In this document: one piece after another, positions 12,193-25,782 of the stretch
Layout: each line of letters starts with the position of its first letter
Numbering within the stretch: position 1 is the stretch's first letter
Source: Cladosporium halotolerans
Lineage: Eukaryota
DNA length: 64,000 nt
Reading direction: 5' to 3'
Assembly: GCF_011745625.1 (NCBI RefSeq)
Contig: NW_027191463.1
Location: 186,001-250,000, forward strand
Program-made: the position numbers and the translations under genes
The notes under the pieces: generated by a model
Databases searched by the model: none
The model's input: only the letters and a program-made list of their open reading frames with translations
What the model was told of the DNA's origin: nothing

Positions 12193-12918
12193 ATGTCGCA
12201 AATAATCACGATCGACCGCCTGCTGAACCTGGTGCCGGACTCTCCGGACACCGTCATCAACCAACTCCGCGAACACCCCGAACTTGCATCGCAGCAAGAC
12301 TCACACGGCTACAGTCTTTTACACGCTGCGACCTCCTACGGGCACATTCAGCTCGCGCAATCTCTGATCAAAGACTTCAACGTCGACACCAACATTGCCG
12401 ACGAAGATGGCGAAACGGCTTTGTTCAACGCCGAGACGATCGAGATGGCCAAAGAGCTGCTGGTACTGGGTGTGAGCATCGATGCGAAGAACAGCGAGGG
12501 GCAGACTGCGGCAGAGAAGCTCGATGATGAGGATGAGCAGCCCATGGTCGCTGCTTTCCTGCGCCAGGCTGCTGGAGGCTCCTCGGTGGAAGAGGCCGCC
12601 AATGTGGTTGCGCAGACTGGCGGCGCTGCAAACTCTGCCATGGCGCAGGCTGGCACCAACGGCGTGGATGACCCTGCCAGCGTTCATGCGCCGCCGCCTC
12701 TTCCTGGAAATGTGAAGGTCAATGTGGGCACGATGGACGCTGGCGAGGCGGGAGAAGAGCCTGATCCTGAGATAAGACGAAGGATCGAGGAGCTGGCGGC
12801 GAGGCCCGATTTTCAGACGGAGGAGGGCCAGGCTGAGTTGCGCAAGCTGGTCACTGAGATTATCTCTGGGTTTTCACAGGACGGTCAAGGGCCTGCGACT
12901 CGCAGAAGGGTTGAGTGA
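12193..12918 (+). CDS. Small ankyrin-repeat protein
   Basis: QDSHGYSLLHAATSYGH, DEDGETALF and KNSEGQTAAE ankyrin motifs. Confidence 0.88.
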   Translation: MSQIITIDRLLNLVPDSPDTVINQLREHPELASQQDSHGYSLLHAATSYGHIQLAQSLIKDFNVDTNIADEDGETALFNAETIEMAKELLVLGVSIDAKNSEGQTAAEKLDDEDEQPMVAAFLRQAAGGSSVEEAANVVAQTGGAANSAMAQAGTNGVDDPASVHAPPPLPGNVKVNVGTMDAGEAGEEPDPEIRRRIEELAARPDFQTEEGQAELRKLVTEIISGFSQDGQGPATRRRVE

Positions 12919-13528
12919 AACACACCATGGAGGACGGGTTCGCGAAAGGACATCTTCGCATAAGATGACGGACGAAAGTGTGTCGCATGGCTCTCAGCAT
13001 CACCACTGAGCCTAGAGCATGATCGAAGCACTGCCGTGTCCGATCGGACAGTCCGCGCATGGACCTTCATCTTTCATGTGCGCTCGCTGCTCGCCGACGA
13101 GGCGTATGCATGCTCCCGAAACTTGGCACACGGTCTTCGCGATAAGCATGGTTGCTAGGACTGCGACATGTATAGATGCCACTGGCATTCCTTCGTCTTT
13201 CGGCTATCGCACCTCGATTTCGGGAAATCAGCGGCAGCCTAGTGGTTCCGTCCCACTTGCACCTGGCGCTGAAGCAGCCAAAATAAGCTTGAGTAGCTCG
13301 AAAGCAACATATTACCCGGTACTTCACTGGTGCAGCCATGTGGCTCTTATGAGCGCCGATCACCGATCTATCATTCTCTGCGTGCAGACGTGGCCGTCAC
13401 ATGGAAGCTCATGGTTCGACAACAACGAGGTGCACTCTGAGTGGACGCCTCTGACATATTGAGTTCTTCTCGAAAGCTGGCGCCACCGAACAAGCCATGG
13501 CGCTGATCCTTCGCCTCCTTCGGCCCCA

Positions 13529-13545
13529 CGGCATATTGAACCCCG
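13529..13545. promoter_or_regulatory. Gal4-type site CGG-N11-CCG upstream of the FucP-like transporter
   Basis: CGGcatattgaaccCCG has an exact 11-nt spacer. CreA-type SYGGRG boxes lie nearby at 13591, 13599 and 13612. Confidence 0.45.
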
Positions 13546-13862
13546 AAGAAATTGTGGGGATCGCGCGAATGTTAGTCCTATGGCGATTGTCTGGAGGTGT
13601 GGAGAGGGCGTGCGGGGAAATCGACGACAATGCAACATCGCAGCAGGCCTGAGCAGGGATGGTACGGGGCCAAGACACGGTAGGAGGTCATTCGTTACCA
13701 TGCTACACGCTAAGTGATACCCGTGCGTGCGCGGTCGAAGCATGTCAGAGAGGCGTAACTGCCGGAGAAGTTCCATAGAAGCACTTAAGTAGTATTGCAA
13801 TAGCTCCTCGCACCTCTCCCGTCGTTCCCTCAGCCCCCTGTCCCATTTCCACTACCGCAACG

Positions 13863-15464
13863 ATGGCGCCGAGCTGGCTGAAGAAGCATTCGTTGAAGAG
13901 CCGCGATGACCAGCGGACTAAGGCTGCTGAGCTCACGCTGCGTCAATCAATCTATCCCATTGTTCTAGTGACTATTCTGTTCTTCCTCTGGGTATGAGAA
14001 GCTAAAGATACCGACGTATCAACCCTTGCTAACCGTCAATAGGGCTTCTCATATGGTCTTCTCGACACTCTGAACAAACATTTTCAGAACGTCTTGGACA
14101 TCACCCGTGCACGCTCTTCTGGTCTGCAGGCAGCCTACTTCGGCGCGTATCCTTTGGCTTCGCTCGGCCACGCCAACTGGATTCTGCGCCATTACGGCTA
14201 CAAAGCAACGTTCATCTGGGGATTGTGCCTGTACGGCATCGGCTCGCTTGTCGCATGGCCATGTATCCTCTACCGCTCGTTCGGAGGCTTCTGTGCGGCC
14301 ATTTTCATCATCGGTAATGGCCTTGGTAGCCTCGAAACCGCTGCGAACCCATACATCACCGTCTGCGGTCCGCCAAAGTACTCTGAGATTCGTATCAACT
14401 TTTCTCAGGCTTTCAACGGTATTGGCACGGTTGTCGCGCCTGTGATCGGGTCTTTCGTCATCTTCAACCATGTTGGCAACGACCAGCGCGCGTTGGAGAA
14501 CGTGCAATGGATCTATCTCGCTATTGCCTGCTTTGTGTTCTTGCTCGCTGTCGTGTTTTACTTGTAAGCTCGAGGTGCCATCTGGTTCAACTGCATCATA
14601 CTGATCAATTCGCAGCTCTCCAATTCCTGAAATCACCGACGCAGACATGGCATTCCAAGCCGAGGAAACTCACGCAAATGCTGCTGTCAAGCCCTTTCGG
14701 AAGCAATATCGCTTATTCCATGCTGCTTTCGCTCAGTTCTGCTACACTGGTGCGCAGGTCGGAATCGCTGGCTTTGTGAGCCCTCCAACACTCGCGGACC
14801 ATGACCGATGTACTAACAATTTTCACAGTTCATCAACTACGTCAAAGACGCCGACTCCAGCTACTCAGACGCCACGGCCGCCCAACTCCTCGCCGGCGCC
14901 CAGGGCGGATTCGCGCTCGGTCGCTTCGTCGGCACGTTCCTCATGAAATTCATCCGGCCCCGATGGGTCTTCCTGATCTACCTCGGCCTGTGCATCGTCT
15001 TCATCGCACCTTCGATCGGCGTGCCCGGCAACGCCGGCATTGCCATGCTCTTCGTCACGCTCTTCTTCGAAAGCATTTGCTTCCCCACCATCGTCGCCCT
15101 GGGCATGCGCGGTCTGGGCAAGTACTCCAAGCGCGGATCTGGTTTCATTGTCGGCGCCGTGTGCGGTGGTGCGGTTGTGCCTCCTATCTTGGGTGCAGCG
15201 TCTGACTCTAGAGACGACACCAAATTTGGCATGATAGTGCCGCTGTGCTTCTTCGTGGCCGCGTACTCGTACGCGATCTGCGTCAATTTCGTGCCGGCTT
15301 ACAGAAACCCGGCCGATGCTTTCACTCAGACGAAGGTCGGAATCGAGAATGTTGGCGCGAGCGAAGAGGGAAGTCCGAATGGTGAGGGTGGCGTGCTCGG
15401 TGAGAAGGGGCTGGGTGACGGTGAGACTAGGCACGCCGAGGTCAAGGACGATGGGAAGATGTGA
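13863..15464 (+). CDS. MFS sugar transporter, FucP (L-fucose / glucose-galactose:H+ symporter) family; 3 introns
   Basis: LFFLWGFSYGLLDTLNKHFQ, LQAAYFGAY, GLGSLETAANPYI, QAFNGIGTVVAP, QFCYTGAQV and FESICFPTI motifs. Introns at about 13992-14042, 14564-14614 and 14776-14828. Confidence 0.9.
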
Positions 15465-15614
15465 GAATCAGATTCAATCGAGGTTTATCGATCAACTTAT
15501 CCGATCTTATTTGACTACGCAATTTCATGTCCATGATACCTAGAACAGCAATATCGCCTTGAAATCCCCTGGTGGCCCAATCGGCGAAGCTGCGTCTGCG
15601 ACCAATGATAACGG

Positions 15615-16525
<911 letters not shown>

Positions 16526-16966
16526 TGTGAAGGCAGTTCAATCGCGAAAGATAGATGGATGAGTGGGTAGCAATTGGGATGACAGAAAGCGAAAAGGCCA
16601 GAGGCAAACCTCAGGTCGATGACCTATAATCGACGATGGGTGTGGATCGAATTCTTGACCCTATGACTTGTTCCACGGATTGCATGGTTTTGTGGATGTC
16701 AAGGCGCACGTCTGAGGTGGGTAGAGGTGCTCTGTCGTCCGTTGCCGAGGTCGCTTGTTCCAGCGCGATCATCCACCAAAGCCCGACCCATGATCTCCAC
16801 ATTGAGGAGTAAAAAGAGGTGTGGACCATCCGAAGGCACGACAACATCGGGAATAGCTTCAGCATAGCTAATCGATTCCGCATAGTATACTGTATCGTTC
16901 AAACAGAAGTAAACAGACTCCTCTTCATTCCCTGTCACTCCATGCTCCGACAGGAATCTCGTCAAT

Positions 16967-18246
16967 ATGGCAGCTCAGACCAATGGCGTTGACATTGTAA
17001 GTCACGTTTCCGAAGCTAAAACTGTGTCTCATCTGCACATGACTGACATGTGTTACGCAGAATCCATCATTTGTATTGAGAGCGGTCAAAGATGTTGCCT
17101 TTGAAGACAGACCTGTCCCTAGACTTCGAGGACCCAAAGACGTGAGAGTGCATATTGCCCAGACAGGTATCTGCGGAAGTGATGTAAGTTCATCTTGGTT
17201 GACGCTTTTACTTTAGAAGATTGACGAATCTCTAGGTCCACTACTGGCAAAGAGGGCGCATTGGTGACTTTGTCCTGCAAAGTCCGATCGTCCTTGGTCA
17301 TGAGAGCTCTGGTATGACTGATCTGACGATTGTCACTGAGCATAACTGACCTATTGCAGGTACCGTCGTCGAAGTTGGGAGCGAAGTAAAGAACGTCAAG
17401 GTTGGGCATAGAGTTGCTATCGAACCGGGCGTCCCTTGTCGCCATTGCGGATACTGCAGGAACGGCGAATACAACCTCTGCCCAGACACCATATTCGCAG
17501 CAACACCTCCTTGGGATGGAACGTTGGCCAAATACTACATCGTTGCCAGCGACTTCGTCTATCCGATCCCAGACCACATGAACATGGAAGAAGGCGCGCT
17601 CGTCGAGCCGGTCTCTGTTGCCGTCCAGATCGCAAAAGTGGCGGATCTGAAAGCAAACCAAACGGTGCTGGTTTTCGGTTGCGGCCCTATCGGCGTGCTC
17701 TGCCAAGCAGTTGCTAAAGCCTACGGGGCGAAAAAAGTAATCGGGGTCGATGTAGTCCAGTCACGGCTCGACTTTGCCAGATCCTTTGGTGCAGACGGCG
17801 TCTTCATGTCTCCCAAAGCTGACCCCGGAGCGGATCCAGTGGAGCATTCAGAGAAGGTCGCGGCTTTGATTAAAGAGCAGTTCGACCTCGGAGAAGGACC
17901 GGAGGTCGTCTTGGAATGTACAGGCGCTGAGCCGTGCATCCAAGCCGGCATCTTTGCGACGAAGAAGGGAGGCACCTACGTCCAAGCCGGCATGGGCAAG
18001 GAAAATGTCGTGTTCCCGATCACCACTGCTTGTATCCGAGCTCTTAACATAAAGGGCAGCATCAGATACACTACTGGGGTCTACCCTGCGGCGGTCGACT
18101 TGGTTGCCTCTGGAAAAGTGGACGTGAAGCGGTTGATTACGAATCGGTACAAGTTCGAAGAGGCAGAACAGGCGTTTGAGTTAGTGAAGGCTGGTAAGGA
18201 GGGCGTGTTCAAGGTCGTGATTGAGGGCGTTCAGGGATCAATTTGA
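16967..18246 (+). CDS. Zn-dependent NAD+ polyol dehydrogenase (xylitol/sorbitol dehydrogenase family); 3 introns in the 5' part
   Basis: NPSFVL, TGICGSD|VHYWQRGRIGDFV, LGHESSG, structural zinc motif CRHCGYCRNGEYNLC, FAATPPWDGTL, GCGPIG and an Asp in GVDVVQSR consistent with NAD preference. Divergent from the SDR. Confidence 0.92.
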
Positions 18247-18695
18247 TCGCTTCAACGACAGATTGTTATAGACACTTCATGTGAATTTACAAGTATCTTG
18301 AGTTGCTTGCGGCAAAACAATTTTCTCTCCTCGATTTCCATACTACTGAGGAATTACCTTTACACTGAGAGGCTCATGAGCCGTGTGCTGTATGACTCTA
18401 TGAATGTCTTCAGACACGCAAAGTAAGAACACAAGCTTCCGTGTAAGTGAAGGAAGGCGCGACCTTTGGTGTCATCATTCCGGCACCTCATTCACGTGCC
18501 CAGCATCGGCAGAAGAGTGAATTGCGATCTGGGCGCATCTCAAGACGATTCGGCCTATTTTTGTCCACGCTATCGGGCATAGCAGATCGCTGCTTCGCGG
18601 GACAGAGGCAGACATCCACCCTCACGCGCACATTTGTCCAAGAGGTTGAAACACCGGCATACTCACTCCGCTGATGGCTGACAGACGGCCGAAGA

Positions 18696-18712
18696 CGGTC
18701 GCGTGCGTACCG
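18696..18712. promoter_or_regulatory. Gal4-type site CGG-N11-CCG upstream of the sugar porter
   Basis: CGGtcgcgtgcgtaCCG has an exact 11-nt spacer. SYGGRG boxes at 18832, 18859 (reverse), 18876 and 18887, and TATATAA at about 18990. Confidence 0.45.
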
Positions 18713-19068
18713 CGCAGCTAGTTCACCGAGTCATGCCCTGCGGATTTCCCACATGGGGTCGAGTCGTTACATTCAAGGTCGTAGTGGCGGGCCGGTGAGG
18801 GGGATCAGCGTATGAGGGCCACTGTGCACCTGTGGGGTCTGTTTGCATGTGGATTCGCCTCCGCAAAACCAAGATCTGGAGAGTTCGCGGAGAAGACCCA
18901 CCCTTTGTGGCTGCTCACTCCTCGTCCGCCAGTGAGAACGATCGGGCGATGCAGGAGGGGCATGAGCGTGCCGAATGTATCTTGAGTAGTATATAAGCAT
19001 CCACTAACATTGAAGGCCTATCGGCAACCTATACGATAGCAGGACCATTCAATTACCACTTCTGTGCA

Positions 19069-20827
19069 ATGAAGAACGAAGATATTGTCGGAGCTACTCT
19101 CGCCGAGGTGCTTCCTGTTACAGACAAGTGGTGGTTTCAGCAGTCACATCTCCTAAGGCTCAATCTTCTCCTTCTGGTGCCTCTCCTGTCTTCCTCGGTA
19201 GCTGGGTATGATGGATCGCTTATGAACGGCCTGCAGTCTCTTCCACAAGTCAGAAGCTATGAACCCCACGAAGTTTACTACACGAATACTAACAACATAG
19301 CAGTGGCAGTCGTATTTCGGTAACCCACAAGGCTCAATGCTCGGGCTTGTCAATGCGGCACAGTCCATCGGTTCCGTCCTTGTGCTTCCGATAGTAGGAT
19401 GGCTTTCCGACAGGTTTGGACGCAAAATTGTCCTTCTAGGCGGCATACTGGGCGTGATCATAGCAACGATCATTCAAGCAACTTCGACCACGTACGCACA
19501 ATTCGTCGTTTCGAGGCTCGTCGTAGGTGCCGCCGGCATGTTGGTCGTCCAGCCAGCTCCCATGCTCATCGCAGAGCTTGCATATCCTGTCCATAGAGGA
19601 AGATACACGTCGGCATTTTGGACGATGTACTATCTTGGTAATTAGATTCCATATGCCACTAGAGACACCTTGACTGACGTCCAAGCAGGCGCTATCCTTG
19701 CAAGTTGGACCACCTTCGGAACGCAGCCAATGCAGTCGAACTGGAGCTGGCGAGTACCCACGATCTTGCAGGCAGGGTTCCCTGCGGTGCAGCTCATCGG
19801 ATATTATTGGATTCCTGAGTCTCCGAGATGGCTCATCGCAAATGATCGGACCCAAGAAGCCCTCGACATTCTCGCACGATACCATGCAGCGGGAGACTGC
19901 TCCAGCCCTCTTGTGCTCCGCGAGATGGGAGAGATCCACGATACCATAAAGAAAGAGCAAGAGGCGCAAGGAACAGGCTGGGGCGCATTGGTCGCTACCC
20001 CAGGCAACCGAAAGAGGCTCTTCATCGTCGTTTGTCTCGGGACATTCGCCCAGTGGAACGGCATTGGAGTCGTGAGCTACTACCTGACGCTGGTACTCAA
20101 CTCCGTGGGAGTTACGGACCCGTTCATGCAGACTTTGATCAATGGCCTGCTTCAAATCTTCAATTTTGGGGCAGCCCTGGGTGCGGCTTTCCTCGTTGAT
20201 CGCCTCGGTCGGCGCACCCTGTTCACATGGAGCGGTATTGGCATGCTCGTGTCTTATATCGTGTGGACAGCGTGCTCTGCTGTCAACGCCCAGACTGGAA
20301 GTAGCTCCGCTGGAATTGTCGTGATCGTTTGCTTGTTCACGTTCTTCTTCCACTACGACATAGGTAAGTCGCAGCAGCGTCATCAAATAGTACACGGCTC
20401 GCTGACATCGCACCAGCGTACACGCCGCTTCTGATGAGCTATAGCACAGAGGTGCTACCCTACAACATCAGGTCAGTAAAGCTCGTCTGATCGAGAGACA
20501 TCCGGCCATCCGCTAACTTCATGCAGATCAAAGGGACTTACCTGTGAGCTGCTTGCGATCTATTCTTCCCTGGTTATTGCAGCCTTCTGCAACCCCATTG
20601 GCATGGAGAACATCGGCTACAATTACTACATCGTGTTCTGTTGCCTTCTGGCTGTCTTCCTTGCGGTGACATACTTCTTCTTCCCGGAGACCAAGGGGCG
20701 CAGTCTCGAAGAGATTGCAGAAATCTTTGATGGCCCGAATGCTCTGCCGAATGCTGAGGAGACCGAGCGGAAGATGAGCAAAACTGTTTTTGAGGAGTAT
20801 ACTGAAGAGCGCATTGAGCGAGCCTAG
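19069..20827 (+). CDS. Sugar porter family MFS transporter, lactose permease / cellodextrin transporter-like clade; about 4 introns
   Basis: GYDGSLMNGLQ, SDRFGRK, AELAYPVHRG, WSWRVPTILQ, PESPRWL, QWNGIGVVSYY, VDRLGRR and FPETKGRSLEEI. Confidence 0.92.
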
Positions 20828-21062
20828 TTGTTTGTGAGTGAGAATCGAGTTTGCGCGAGATTCTGGGCTCTTTGGGAAGATACAGCTCGAGGAACTAAAA
20901 TGTTGCTGCTACCATCTCCCTTTGAAGCACTGAAACACGACTTTTTCTCTTCCGTGAACTGGCGGAGTTAACCCTACGACGCTCAGCAAGCTGTCCACCG
21001 AAAATAAAGTGATAGGGGCTGGATTCAGGGTAGCAAGGGACTTATGGCAGAGACCTGGGCAA

Positions 21063-23396
21063 TCAGGGATATTGCAGAGTGTCGTAGGTCTGGTCCAGCA
21101 ATGTTGGTGAATCCTCAGGAATATCCGCGATGAAATCATTCCAGGTATCGTTCTCTATGAGCATGTCGACCTCGGTTGTATTTGCGCCAGGCCACATCAT
21201 CGAATATAAATTCTCGATCTGGGTGTTCGGTGACTCTTCCACGGGTTCAAGGCCAAAGTTAGGAGACGATGTCGGTACTCCTGAGCTGGCGGGCAGATAA
21301 TTGGAGCAGAGACGAAGAACAACCTCGTAGCATTCTCGGCTCGATGGGTTGATCGAGAACATGCTTTGCATAATTTTGAGTGCTGTGTTCAACTGCTCGC
21401 GCCAATCTGGGGAGAGTTCGGACATGGGTTCGTTCCGCAAACACACAGACGGGATCATGGACGCCTGGAACAAAAAGTACAGCGCGTACCAGGATGCCAT
21501 ACAATTGCGGCGGCCTGTGGTCCAGAAAGCATTGATCGACATGATGCTACTCTTTGCTTCGGCCAAACATCGAGCTACCGCTGTCTCGGCTGCGGCATCC
21601 GAGATTGAACTGTCTATCTGACTCATACGAGCTTTGAGGACTTTCCGGATTACGAAGGGTCGAAACATAATGACTCGAAGGTTTCGATATCGCCACTCCA
21701 TAATGCTCCGAGAGAGTAAAAATCTGCTATCGATTGGAGATGCTTCCAAGGACCAGATGGCGTGCCAGGAGCTTATGCGCTCGTCGTCCAATGTCAGTAG
21801 TTCCTGAGCTGAGGGGAATGGCAGCGATATGACCTTTGCGTATATCTCGTTAGTCATTAGATGAAAGCGAGCCTGAGCTGCTATTGCAGAATGTGTCGTC
21901 AGCCCTGATCTCGGTGGCGGGAGAGTGGTTGAAAGATTGGTGAGATCTCGATCATCGACATTCAGAGGCAGAGCGACTTCGATGCCATTCGCAGGCCACG
22001 CAAGAGGCCGGCCAAAGGTGATGGCCGCACCCACGTAAAATGAGAATAACGACCACCAAACTCGTCTCCTGATCTCCATCTGCAAAGGAGCTATTCGCCA
22101 GTTGTGAAACTCCTTGTGTAAGCCTAGGCCCATCGCCATGTGGAGAGCGAGCCCCAGATAGTTGTAGCCACTGTTGGGTTTGCCACGCTTCTGGATGTAG
22201 TTGGACATCAAAGCGAGCGCTTGTACGAGAGTAATGTTGCCAGTCTCAAGACTGTCAATCGACATATTCGCCTTCGCTGCTTCGAACAGGTCTAAGTCTC
22301 GCGTGACTGGCTCCGTAGATGTTGTGAAGAGACCAATAGCTGCTATAATGTAGGCAAGGGCATTCCAGCTTCTTCCACTGGGTCGCGGGATTACCTGCGC
22401 ATACTGAGCTCGAAAAGTCGGTTCACATACAATTGGGTATGAGACGTGGTACATCGAGAAATATGCGTTGATGGCGGCATCCAAGTCGAGCTCATGTATC
22501 CTACGCTCAGAATAGACTGGAGTTGGAACCCAGCCCATATCATTTGGATTTGAAGTCAACGAACTTCGGTTAGCGGCTGATCGATGGGGCGGTCTCTTCC
22601 GCCTGTGCTCTGCATCAGGCATGAGGAGTCGCAGCATGGCCGCCCCTGAAGCAACTCCAAGATATCCTGCTCTCTTGTCGTCGACAGAAAGCGAAGCCAT
22701 GCTGTCGGTAACACCAGGGGAGTCCGCGTCTTCTGCATCATTTCGGTAGGCTTTATTGTCGAGTTCATCACCAACTGACTGTTGTTCGTCCCACGAAAAG
22801 TCTTCGAGTCCAGACGGCGGCTGCTCTAATTCTTGTGCTCTCATCTGATCCGCTAAGACTCCAGAATCGGGCATTCCCTTTGCGGCAATGTTGGACGACC
22901 CTAGAGGCCATGCCGTCTTTGGCGAAGCTATGCCGAGAGTCGGTAGCGTATCAGCGGCGTGTTCCCCTGACATGGTGGTCCCGACAAAGGGCGAGGCAAA
23001 GTCGGTAGCAAACATCTCTCCGCTCGGCATTTGGGGCACTGTTCCCGAGGAGTCTTGGAGGTTGGATGTTGTGATTCCGTTAGGTTCTGCGAATGACTGG
23101 CTGGCTTGCAACCTGTTCTCCGCGAGTGTCGCTCTCCGCTCGGCGTCCTTCAGTCGGCTCTCGGTCTGACGCAACCGTGCCTCTACTTCAGTCAGGTACC
23201 GCCGTGTCAAGGGCGTTTTACTGTGCCTCTCATACAGGCAGTGGCGTTTGTTTCTTGCGCAGGGACCGCACTCTGGGAGCTGCCGGTCGCAACGACCCTT
23301 CCTCCGTTTGCACTCGTTACATGCTTGATCTCCCGATCCGAGAGAGGCCAGTGACGGGTTATTGGCCTGTAGAGATCTCGGTCTAGCGTTGGCCAT
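21063..23396 (-). CDS. Gal4-like Zn(II)2Cys6 transcription factor
   Basis: QACNECKRRKGRCDRQLPECGPCARNKRHCLY followed by SKTPLTRRYLTEVEARL, close to the Gal4 linker/dimerisation helix (KRSPLTRAHLTEVESRL). Fungal_trans domain EIRRRVWWSL. Intronless, 777 aa. Confidence 0.92.
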   Translation of the reverse strand: MANARPRSLQANNPSLASLGSGDQACNECKRRKGRCDRQLPECGPCARNKRHCLYERHSKTPLTRRYLTEVEARLRQTESRLKDAERRATLAENRLQASQSFAEPNGITTSNLQDSSGTVPQMPSGEMFATDFASPFVGTTMSGEHAADTLPTLGIASPKTAWPLGSSNIAAKGMPDSGVLADQMRAQELEQPPSGLEDFSWDEQQSVGDELDNKAYRNDAEDADSPGVTDSMASLSVDDKRAGYLGVASGAAMLRLLMPDAEHRRKRPPHRSAANRSSLTSNPNDMGWVPTPVYSERRIHELDLDAAINAYFSMYHVSYPIVCEPTFRAQYAQVIPRPSGRSWNALAYIIAAIGLFTTSTEPVTRDLDLFEAAKANMSIDSLETGNITLVQALALMSNYIQKRGKPNSGYNYLGLALHMAMGLGLHKEFHNWRIAPLQMEIRRRVWWSLFSFYVGAAITFGRPLAWPANGIEVALPLNVDDRDLTNLSTTLPPPRSGLTTHSAIAAQARFHLMTNEIYAKVISLPFPSAQELLTLDDERISSWHAIWSLEASPIDSRFLLSRSIMEWRYRNLRVIMFRPFVIRKVLKARMSQIDSSISDAAAETAVARCLAEAKSSIMSINAFWTTGRRNCMASWYALYFLFQASMIPSVCLRNEPMSELSPDWREQLNTALKIMQSMFSINPSSRECYEVVLRLCSNYLPASSGVPTSSPNFGLEPVEESPNTQIENLYSMMWPGANTTEVDMLIENDTWNDFIADIPEDSPTLLDQTYDTLQYP

Positions 23397-24846
23397 CTCT
23401 GGAAACGAGTCCTCTTATGGCATGTGGCAAGATGATGGAGTCATGTCTTCGTTGAAGTGACTTTTTCCGATATTGTGCTCTGCACACCCTGACTTCGATG
23501 AAGAGTCGAGCTTCTTAAACAAGACGCATTCCGTCCATGTCGTCTCTCGAATGCGTCGGAACTTCGATACTGCCCAGTTCAGAGGTCCAAGATGGCACAG
23601 GCAACTGGCCCACTGGTGGAGACGGCCGACGTTCTCGCCAGAAGGAGGGGCGCCAGCGCACACGTGACCACTTGTACGCATTGTCATGTTCAGGTATACG
23701 ACGTGCCCTCGGTGCCCGAGTCGTAGTCCACTTCACCGGGGAAACTTACTCCTTCATGAAACCCGTAAATGCGCTGCTACCGTCTGTGCCAGACTATCAC
23801 GAGTAAGTTCTGCCGTGCCAGTGAGAGTCACCGGGAAACGTTACTTTCACTCCTTCAGTTTGAATTGTCGATGTGCTGCTATTATCGCCCTGCGGTTCAT
23901 ATCCCATCAATCCATTCAGTGGTATCGGTCCATCTCCTACTACTGTCGGCATCAGGCTGCCATGAGCGGTGCTTGGAAATGGGTGACCTAATACCTCTAC
24001 CCGAAAACCCTTATTCTTCCAGTCTTTCGTAGGGACCGGCAATGTGCTATCGTCATTTATTCCAGTCTATTGAAGCCGTTCTTGCCAGTGAGGTGCAAAT
24101 GCAGTGCGCAAGATCGCGTGCGGATTTGTCGTGGATCATGTACTCATTGCTCCAAACACTGATCAATATTACATTACGCATTCCACGTGCCCGTAATGTA
24201 GAGTTTTTCCCATCAACACGATCAGTCACCCCATCCCAAAGATGTCTCGAAACATACTGAAGCCGCAAGCGGACGCGTTATCATGATGCGTGGGCATGAC
24301 TTTCGTCCTCAAAGCCTCAAACTTCATCCGCATGCTTGGAGAGAGCTCGTTCGGTTTGATTATTCAGTCGTCGCTATCTAGACTTCGATGATGTCACCAT
24401 AGGATCTGGTCTAACTCTGTCAGAATTGACACCGAAGCCAGCCATCGACAATCACGGGTCGATACATCACACTCTGTGTGACTCTGTTGTGATACTGCCG
24501 CCAAAAGAGCAGCCCCGCATGATTGAAGCTTGCGTTACACCAATGCCATCAGCTCCGTCCCTCAGCAAACAGCCGGGCATCTGGAGAGGCTAATCTTCGC
24601 ATCGAGTCCATCATTGGAGCCATCGACAAACACGCGTTGATACACCGCGCGATATTTCCGACAGATCTCATGCTGATACGCTACCCGAAAAGCGGCTTTT
24701 CGGGCTCAAAGCTCGCGTCGCACCCTTTCCATCAAACATGTCAGTTAGCAAGCAAACGCTCCATTGACCAAACACCATTCTGCGTGAGTAGAGCTGGCAA
24801 CACCTGCGTGAGCTCCCAGCGAGAGAACAACATCGCGTCGAGATGG

Positions 24847-25782
24847 ATGAGCTCGTGGCCGCGACCGTCGAAGCATCAAGCGACCCCTCGGCCCCTCTAC
24901 ATGCGCCCAGAAGGAGCGTCGATACCATTCTGTCGGTCGTGCGGGCGTGTGATAAGTATGTCGCGATTCGCTCAGGCCAAGATTATGTTGCAAAGACTGA
25001 TGATTTTGCCAGGTGCACGCAGATCTGGTTCCAAGGACGATGCGCCTGCAGCGTACTGCTCGAGGAAATGCAGAAGTCGTAAGCCGGGAGCCTTTGATCG
25101 ACGGATCGAAGAAGCTTTCGTAGCGTTGTTGTCGGGAGACGAGTTGACTGCGCAACAAAAAGATGGAGTGGAAGAAGAGGGGCGACGACGACGAACACAA
25201 GCCAGCGGAAGTCAGTCAAAGTCAAGACCTGGAAGCTCACGAGTCCTTGTCTCGTGTGCGGAAGTGGAAGCTCTAATTTTCGGCAACCCTCAAAGTTTGA
25301 CCGACGAGAGTGATCAGCAGCAAGATCGAACAAGTTTGACTGATCCTGACATGAATGAACGGAGCCTCGTGGACACGCAGAGCCAGCACACATCAACAAT
25401 ACTCGCTGAGCAGGACGAGGTTTTTACAAGTGCTGTTGGAGGGGACGCGAATGGCCCACTGGAGAGGTCAAGACGAACGATCGAGCAACCGGCCCAAGAT
25501 GTGTCACACCTCGATGAGCGTAAGAATGGCGGAAGGAAGACAGCGAGGATGCAAACACAAGTAGTAAATCAGCAAGCGGGGCTCCAGAAAGCTCACAGAA
25601 GAGAATTGGTGAGATGCGCGGCACGCAGAGGCGTCGCGTTTGGCTTCCTGGTCAAGGGTCCAGCCGAAGGCGAATTGAGATCATGGAAACGAAAATGTGA
25701 GGCAATTGTGCAAGGCAAAGTGGTCGAGCCCAGCTTTGCAAAAGGCGACTGGAGTGTTCGATGGAGGGAACGTGAAGACTGA
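24847..25782 (+). CDS. Hypothetical protein with DUF2256-like Cys motif and DUF3253-like C-terminus; 1 probable intron
   Basis: FCRSCGRVIS...YCSRKCRSRK and RRELVRCAARRG...CEAIVQGKVVEPSFAKGDWSVRW. In-frame 57-nt intron 24956-25012 (GTATGT...CTGAT...CAG). Confidence 0.7.
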   Translation: MSSWPRPSKHQATPRPLYMRPEGASIPFCRSCGRVISMSRFAQAKIMLQRLMILPGARRSGSKDDAPAAYCSRKCRSRKPGAFDRRIEEAFVALLSGDELTAQQKDGVEEEGRRRRTQASGSQSKSRPGSSRVLVSCAEVEALIFGNPQSLTDESDQQQDRTSLTDPDMNERSLVDTQSQHTSTILAEQDEVFTSAVGGDANGPLERSRRTIEQPAQDVSHLDERKNGGRKTARMQTQVVNQQAGLQKAHRRELVRCAARRGVAFGFLVKGPAEGELRSWKRKCEAIVQGKVVEPSFAKGDWSVRWRERED

